Source: a virus | Taxonomy: Duplodnaviria > Heunggongvirae > Uroviricota > Caudoviricetes | Length of the DNA: 64,000 nt | Strand: one strand, 5' to 3' | Virus record (IMG/VR): IMGVR_UViG_3300025450_000021 | Location: 17,669 to 81,668 of that record | Shown here: one piece after another, positions 59,598 to 64,000 of the stretch | Numbering within the stretch: position 1 is the stretch's first letter | Layout: the number at the start of each line of letters is the position of its first letter | The notes under the pieces: model-generated | What the model saw: only the letters and a program-made list of their open reading frames with translations | What the model was told of the DNA's origin: nothing | Database searches by the model: none | Position numbers and translations under genes: made by a program

Positions 59598-59854
59598 ACG
59601 CTTACATGTTTAATTAATTTAAACAAATCCTTTTTATTTTTAGGAGACCAAAACTTTCCAGACTTGCCACAAGGACTAGAACTAAGTCTTTCCATACTGC
59701 AACTAGGATAGTATGCCGGAGTAACTTTATGTCCTGTAACAAAATTTTCTTTAGTACTTTCTGGAACTAATTCTCGATGGCAGTACCATGTATGTAATTT
59801 CAATGGATTCCATTTTGCATGTTTACAATCTTTACATAAAACAGTTTCGCTCAT
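59594..59854 (-). CDS. Cys-rich small protein (CKDCKH...CHREL...CGKSG)
   Basis: 86-aa ORF. Confidence 0.45.
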   Translation of the reverse strand: MSETVLCKDCKHAKWNPLKLHTWYCHRELVPESTKENFVTGHKVTPAYYPSCSMERLSSSPCGKSGKFWSPKNKKDLFKLIKHVSV

Positions 59855-60454
59855 TTATTCTTCCTCGTTTATTTCTTCCCCAAAATGATATTCAGGGTGT
59901 TCATTTTTAAACTTTTTAACATCCTCTTTATTATACTCGCCTTTTTCAACTTTGTCAATAAAGTCTTTAAGCATCTTATTCATCCAGTCATTGAACGTCA
60001 TATTCTCAGTATGTGCGGCCTTGAATGCAAACATCAGCAAGTCGTCTGGCAAGTCCAGGGGAATGCTTATATCTGTGCTGTATTCTTCTCCTGCTTTGAT
60101 AGCTAGGCATTTTTGAATGAAATCGTCATCCACTTCTAAGTCAACATACTCGATATTGTCCCATGCTTCATTTAAATTAATAAAATTGCGTTTAGCTTCT
60201 TTGGCATATTTTTTCTGCTTGTCCTCGGCAATCATACGATAAGCACGATCATTGGTATAGTCGCATACTGAAACTTCATAGACCTTTTGAGTCTTAGTAC
60301 TGAATACAATGTTAAAACTGTATCCACCTTTGCCGTGGATACCATTCCAACTAGATAGTTGATATGAGTTAGGACCATAACAAGCCCAACCATAATCACC
60401 ACCTTCAGTGATTTTATAGCCTACCAACTCCATCCATTCTTTCATAGTAATCAT
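59855..60454 (-). CDS. hypothetical acidic protein
   Basis: 199-aa ORF. Confidence 0.5.
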   Translation of the reverse strand: MITMKEWMELVGYKITEGGDYGWACYGPNSYQLSSWNGIHGKGGYSFNIVFSTKTQKVYEVSVCDYTNDRAYRMIAEDKQKKYAKEAKRNFINLNEAWDNIEYVDLEVDDDFIQKCLAIKAGEEYSTDISIPLDLPDDLLMFAFKAAHTENMTFNDWMNKMLKDFIDKVEKGEYNKEDVKKFKNEHPEYHFGEEINEEE

Positions 60455-61056
60455 TGCTCGAATCCTTCTTTGAGTAATTTATTTTCTTCCAATTCTTCTT
60501 CCGGAGTATCAAAATCCTGACCGCCATGTTCTACACACACTGTCTTGATCCAACCACCTGGGGTCTGTGTTCCGGGCTTGCCACATTCTTCGCAAGTTAC
60601 GCCTGACATTGATTCTGCCATGTCAACAAGTCCGCGAATGTATTCATCACCGCCTGTGTAGTAGAAGCGTAGGGTGCCAAACTTTTCTTTAACTTGATCC
60701 AGAGTTACTTGCGGAACTTCTGCGGGAATTTCACGCGGGGGATCTTTGATAAGTTCTTGCTTACGTTTTTCTACGTAATCTCGATTTAGCATGTCTTTCA
60801 TATCCTCGTCGAATAATGTAGAGTCACCGGCTTTGAGTTGTTCAGCCATCTTATTAAATTTGATAGCGACTTCACGTTGTCTAATCTTCCAATCAATGTG
60901 ATGCTGAATATTACCCATAAGCTGATTGAGAATCTGGAACCAACCATCTCCACATTCAAAGCCCCAGCACATACAAGTCTCCTGCATTGACTTGTCACGA
61001 TTAACCATCATCTTTGGATATACCTTACATAGGTATTCGTCTAGTTCTCGTTTCAT
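60451..61056 (-). CDS. hypothetical protein with C-terminal Cys cluster (CEECGKPG...CVEHGG)
   Basis: 201-aa ORF. Confidence 0.5.
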   Translation of the reverse strand: MKRELDEYLCKVYPKMMVNRDKSMQETCMCWGFECGDGWFQILNQLMGNIQHHIDWKIRQREVAIKFNKMAEQLKAGDSTLFDEDMKDMLNRDYVEKRKQELIKDPPREIPAEVPQVTLDQVKEKFGTLRFYYTGGDEYIRGLVDMAESMSGVTCEECGKPGTQTPGGWIKTVCVEHGGQDFDTPEEELEENKLLKEGFEQ

Positions 61057-61280
61057 ATAATTTTCCCCAATCCGTTGTAAATTAGTTGATCCAACTCTGT
61101 TTGGTAGTCTTGTCCTTGTCTACGTTTGAGCCAAATGGCAGTGAGCAGTTCGCGACCATCGCCACTGGCTCCGACTGCAAGTCCACGTTTTTCCATTTCT
61201 TCTAAAATATCCTCATCATCGAAATCGTCTAAGTCAACATCAATCTCGACTTCTTTATAAACTGTAGTGTATCTGCTCAT
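61053..61280 (-). CDS. hypothetical small acidic protein
   Basis: 75-aa ORF. Confidence 0.45.
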   Translation of the reverse strand: MSRYTTVYKEVEIDVDLDDFDDEDILEEMEKRGLAVGASGDGRELLTAIWLKRRQGQDYQTELDQLIYNGLGKII

Positions 61281-61531
61281 TTTATTTCATCCGATGTTTC
61301 TGGAAAGTGACTGATAATTAAATCTAATGCTTCAATGGTACGCATATTAGTTACTATGTCATCTGGATGCAACCAATAGCCATCTGGGTTAGATTCTGTT
61401 TTAGGATTCTTCTTCCACTGTTTTAGTTCTTTTTTAAGATAAGCACGATAGTCCTTTAAGTTAAGACTAGTAATGCGATCAGCAGTTTCACCATCAATCC
61501 ATTGATAGGGTTTATGTTTTGCCTTACCCAT
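61277..61531 (-). CDS. hypothetical small protein
   Basis: 84-aa ORF. Confidence 0.45.
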   Translation of the reverse strand: MGKAKHKPYQWIDGETADRITSLNLKDYRAYLKKELKQWKKNPKTESNPDGYWLHPDDIVTNMRTIEALDLIISHFPETSDEIK

Positions 61532-61704
61532 TAGTATACCTCTTTGGTAATAGTAAACTCTTCTTTAGGCCATTTGGCTTTGAACTCATCTGTCTTTACA
61601 TATTCATTGTATGCTTTAGCATCAAAGAATACTTTGGTAAATTCTGTCTTATAACTACTTTTTTTGGTAATTGTTAAGTAAACCGATTTCGCTGTACCCG
61701 CCAT
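61531..61704 (-). CDS. hypothetical small protein (57 aa)
   Basis: MAGTAKSVYLTITKKSSYKTEF... TAATG overlaps at both ends. Below the track cutoff. Confidence 0.4.
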   Translation of the reverse strand: MAGTAKSVYLTITKKSSYKTEFTKVFFDAKAYNEYVKTDEFKAKWPKEEFTITKEVY

Positions 61705-62393
61705 TATTGTGCCGCCTTTACATAGTTAAGTCTGGTCTCATCGTTTCCATGTTTCCAGTGTTTGCTGTTATCTTTTACTTTTGCTTTGACAATGACGCAT
61801 GGTCCACGTTTCAGTTCTGTTTGACTCATCCAACTTGCCATTTTATTGTTTATTATAGCACAGATGTTCCATCCGTCAAAGTTCTTTGATTTAATTACCT
61901 CAAGAATTTCACAATCTAAATCTGCCAAACGATCTCCAGGACTTCCTAAAAATCCTTCGTCAACTTGACGTGAAATCTTTTTAACTTCATTGTGCATCTT
62001 ATCTTTGGCCTGTACACTAGGCAGACAAGCAATCCAACCAAATTCATTTTCTTTAACTGTATCACCGCTCAGTAAGGAATTAATTTTTGTAAGGAATTCG
62101 TTCTCGCCGTCGATTGCGGCAAACATTAATCTTTTGTAGTAACTACGAATTTCTTCTGCTCGAGTAATATCTTCAGATTCAATTTTGAGCACTTTAGTAT
62201 CAGGGATAACCATTCTGGTATCCAGTGTATAAAGCATTAGAGTTTTGTTAGCCTGTTTGGTGTACATATAAACTCCATCATTGGCATAAACAGCCTCAGG
62301 TACTTTAAGGTACTCACCGTTAATTCTTTGTGCGGCACAGGCCAATTCTAATACTTGCTGTGTAGGAAAAGTTTTATGTTCCATGTCGCTCAC
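61704..62393 (-). CDS. hypothetical protein
   Basis: 229-aa ORF. Confidence 0.5.
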   Translation of the reverse strand: MSDMEHKTFPTQQVLELACAAQRINGEYLKVPEAVYANDGVYMYTKQANKTLMLYTLDTRMVIPDTKVLKIESEDITRAEEIRSYYKRLMFAAIDGENEFLTKINSLLSGDTVKENEFGWIACLPSVQAKDKMHNEVKKISRQVDEGFLGSPGDRLADLDCEILEVIKSKNFDGWNICAIINNKMASWMSQTELKRGPCVIVKAKVKDNSKHWKHGNDETRLNYVKAAQ

Positions 62394-62439
62394 TGTACGA
62401 GTTAATATGTGAATATTATAGCATACAATAAAGCACGTG

Positions 62440-62661
62440 TCAAAGTCGGTAAGTTACACGACCTTTGGTTAAATCATATGGGCTAACTTCCAATTTAACA
62501 TTGTCGCCTTCTATGATTCTAATTTTATGTTGTTTGAGTTTGCCGCCCATATAGCAAAGTAATAATTCGGGCATATTGTTTACTTCTACTCTGAACATGT
62601 TACCAGGCAACACTTCCTTGACTAGTCCAGTTAATTCAATTACATCTTCTTTTTTACTCAT
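62440..62661 (-). CDS. infA: translation initiation factor IF-1 homolog (S1-like OB fold)
   Basis: Collinear with bacterial IF-1. [21 protein letters not shown] ~ [53 protein letters not shown] ~ [33 protein letters not shown]. Confidence 0.72.
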   Translation of the reverse strand: [73 protein letters not shown]

Positions 62662-62842
62662 CTTTTACTTTTTCAAGGATCCAGGATCCGTCTCCATTAT
62701 CTTTCCACTCAAGTGTATCTCCTTCTTGCCATCCAACGGCCTTTAAAAAATCTTCAGGAAATGGCAAAATTAAATCCCCACTTCCATCATCTGTTTCTTC
62801 TAAAGTTACAGTCCAATGTGTCATAGTATTATTTACTCTCAA
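62654..62842 (-). CDS. hypothetical small protein
   Basis: 62-aa ORF. Confidence 0.4.
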   Translation of the reverse strand: MRVNNTMTHWTVTLEETDDGSGDLILPFPEDFLKAVGWQEGDTLEWKDNGDGSWILEKVKDE

Positions 62843-63264
62843 TCTTCGTCATCGTCCCAAGGAACCGGAAACCAGCCCAAACGGTTAAAGTCTTTTTCAA
62901 CTTCTTCAGTGATAACACCTTCGGACACATACTTAGTACGTTCAAAATACTCGGCATCTTCTTTACCGTCGATACTCAAACCGCCTCTAATACCGGAACA
63001 GTACCAGTCCATATAGTCTCCGCCCTTACCTTGCCAATCTGCAACTAAGCCGCCAGCACTTCTCCAACTACAATGCCACAAGTCTTTTTTGTCATCTTGT
63101 CTTAATGCTGGAACTAGTTCTCTAGGGCACCAACGCATATTACAAAATGCCGCATAGACATTTTGAGCATAGTCGTCGCGAGTACGGATCTTGTTTAGGA
63201 TCTCATCATCGCGCCAAATTTCTTCTTCTAAATTTCTCACTGATGCCAATCGCCTTGAAAACAA
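62839..63264 (-). CDS. hypothetical Trp-rich protein
   Basis: 141-aa ORF. Confidence 0.45.
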   Translation of the reverse strand: MFSRRLASVRNLEEEIWRDDEILNKIRTRDDYAQNVYAAFCNMRWCPRELVPALRQDDKKDLWHCSWRSAGGLVADWQGKGGDYMDWYCSGIRGGLSIDGKEDAEYFERTKYVSEGVITEEVEKDFNRLGWFPVPWDDDED

Positions 63265-63560
63265 TGACGCATTTCATGTCCAATGGTATGCATGTTAACA
63301 TTTTTACCTGTAATGATAGTACAGGATGTGTGATTGTCGTCCCAAAAACTACAGGCTTTTAATTTAGCATTGAACCCTGCTTGTCCTTTGGCACTACGTT
63401 CTCTATTGCATTGAGCCGTAACATCATTTACCGATACCCATTTGATTTTGGATTCAGTGGTGACATTGGAAGCTGTAGAAAACAATTCTGCAGGATCATC
63501 GTTGTACGCAAATACACTAGTGCTAATAAACATCAATGTTGCAATTACAATCTTTTTCAT
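63237..63560 (-). CDS. small secreted HExxH protein (signal peptide MKKIVIATLMFISTSVFA; track ORF extends to 63617)
   Basis: HEMRHC motif. Signal peptide present. Confidence 0.45.
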   Translation of the reverse strand: MKKIVIATLMFISTSVFAYNDDPAELFSTASNVTTESKIKWVSVNDVTAQCNRERSAKGQAGFNAKLKACSFWDDNHTSCTIITGKNVNMHTIGHEMRHCFQGDWHQ

Positions 63561-63587
63561 TTTAAACTTCTTTCTATTAGTTAACAA

Positions 63588-63704
63588 TGGTACAGACGGG
63601 AAGATTCGAACTTCCAAAGTCGCTCTAAGAGCTAGACCCTTGCCCTCCGTTCAGCTGGGGGTCAGCTTACTAGGAGGAGGTTTACCAGTTACACTCACGT
63701 CTGC
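63588..63704 (-). tRNA. tRNA-like element: canonical T-arm (GGAAG-TTCGAAT-CTTCC), 7-bp acceptor stem, discriminator A and encoded CCA, but 117-nt span and no canonical D/anticodon arms
   Basis: The minus strand reads ...GCAGACG...GGAAGTTCGAATCTTCC CGTCTGT A CCA. The 5' GCAGACG pairs 7/7 with the 3' CGTCTGT, with one G-U pair. Internal extended hairpins CCTCC...GGAGG and AGCTG/CAGCT are present. Confidence 0.35.
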
Positions 63705-63793
63705 CTGTTAATTATAGCACCATGTGTAAATAATGTCAATGCAATTCTCAACTATACCTTTCGCAAAAATACAACGTTTTGGACAACAATCTA

Positions 63794-64000
63794 TGTTGGA
63801 TCGTCCATTATTTAACATTAGTTGGATCCTGGGTAGATTTTGTAACTATAAATGTTCCTACTGTTGGCCCTACGCTAGAAGCGATCAACCGGATCACCAA
63901 ACCTTAGAAGTGTATAAATCCGTTATAGATGAAATCAAACGCCAGGCTAGGATAAATGGATTTGAAGAATTCCACTGGAGCTTCAGCGGAGGTGAGCCGA
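63794..64000 (+). CDS. radical SAM protein, 5'-partial (continues beyond window)
   Basis: MLDRPLFNISWILGRFCNYKCSYCWPY... contains a CxxxCxxC motif. ...FSGGEP carries the GGEP SAM motif. AGGA Shine-Dalgarno absent. Shares the CN[FY]KCSYC motif with the radical SAM at 47618..48994. Confidence 0.6.

Noticed and set aside
63442-63711. 89-aa plus-strand ORF
   Set aside because: It overlaps the minus-strand secreted-protein gene and the tRNA-like element. It has no Shine-Dalgarno and is low-complexity.
63913-63919. TATAAAT box on the plus strand
   Set aside because: It lies inside the continuous radical-SAM reading frame that starts at 63794, so it is unlikely to be a promoter.

Overview
This window reads as an AT-rich (~35% GC) segment of a large tailed dsDNA phage: T4-like or jumbo-myovirus-like, possibly from a marine host. 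It is not a cellular chromosome. About 75 coding regions are packed tightly, with many ATGA/TAATG start-stop overlaps, and nearly all lie on the minus strand. Only four are on the plus strand: phoH, two small ORFs, and a partial radical-SAM gene at the 3' edge.

Recognisable contents:
- A proteostasis block of three overlapping genes: ClpA/B-type AAA+ unfoldase, peptide deformylase and a DnaJ-domain protein. ClpP, a GroES/gp31-like co-chaperonin and an IF-1 homolog lie elsewhere in the window.
- A lysis cassette: GH19 endolysin, a candidate i-/o-spanin pair, membrane proteins and a small secreted Lys-rich peptide.
- A T4-type clamp loader (gp44/RFC-like) and PhoH.
- A roughly 21-kb virion structural module. 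It includes a 12.5-kb gene (4167 aa, Thr/Ser/Gly-rich, fibre-like). Three adjacent genes share a conserved N-terminal ~40-aa domain.
- Host-like auxiliary genes: Dps/ferritin, Fe/Mn-SOD-like, IscA, UvdE UV-damage endonuclease, PTPS/QueD-like, two radical-SAM proteins, a 2OG-Fe(II) oxygenase, MazG, ATP-dependent DNA ligase, an SGNH hydrolase and a metallophosphoesterase.
- An envelope cluster: SPFH/band-7 with an NfeD-like membrane partner, lipoproteins, and three 36-43-aa peptides, one of them entericidin-like.

Regulatory signals include an exact T4 late-promoter box (TATAAATA) followed by AGGAG upstream of the SprT-like gene, and recurrent ATAAATA/TATATAAA motifs. There are also two hairpin terminators and a tRNA-like element with a canonical T-arm, acceptor stem and CCA but an atypical 117-nt span. 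No rRNA, CRISPR array, integrase or transposase was seen.

The most unusual observation is a paralogous set of proteins whose N-termini carry M[KR]I[KRW]EL[LF][ED]G or MRA[KN]EFIxxQ motifs. These resemble T4 capsid-targeting sequences cleaved at L/I-x-E. The set includes a 1133-aa multidomain protein with a class-I nucleotidyltransferase signature (HxGH...SxTxxR) and a protein with a Tpt1/ART-like LYHG motif. This suggests capsid-packaged, injected effector proteins.
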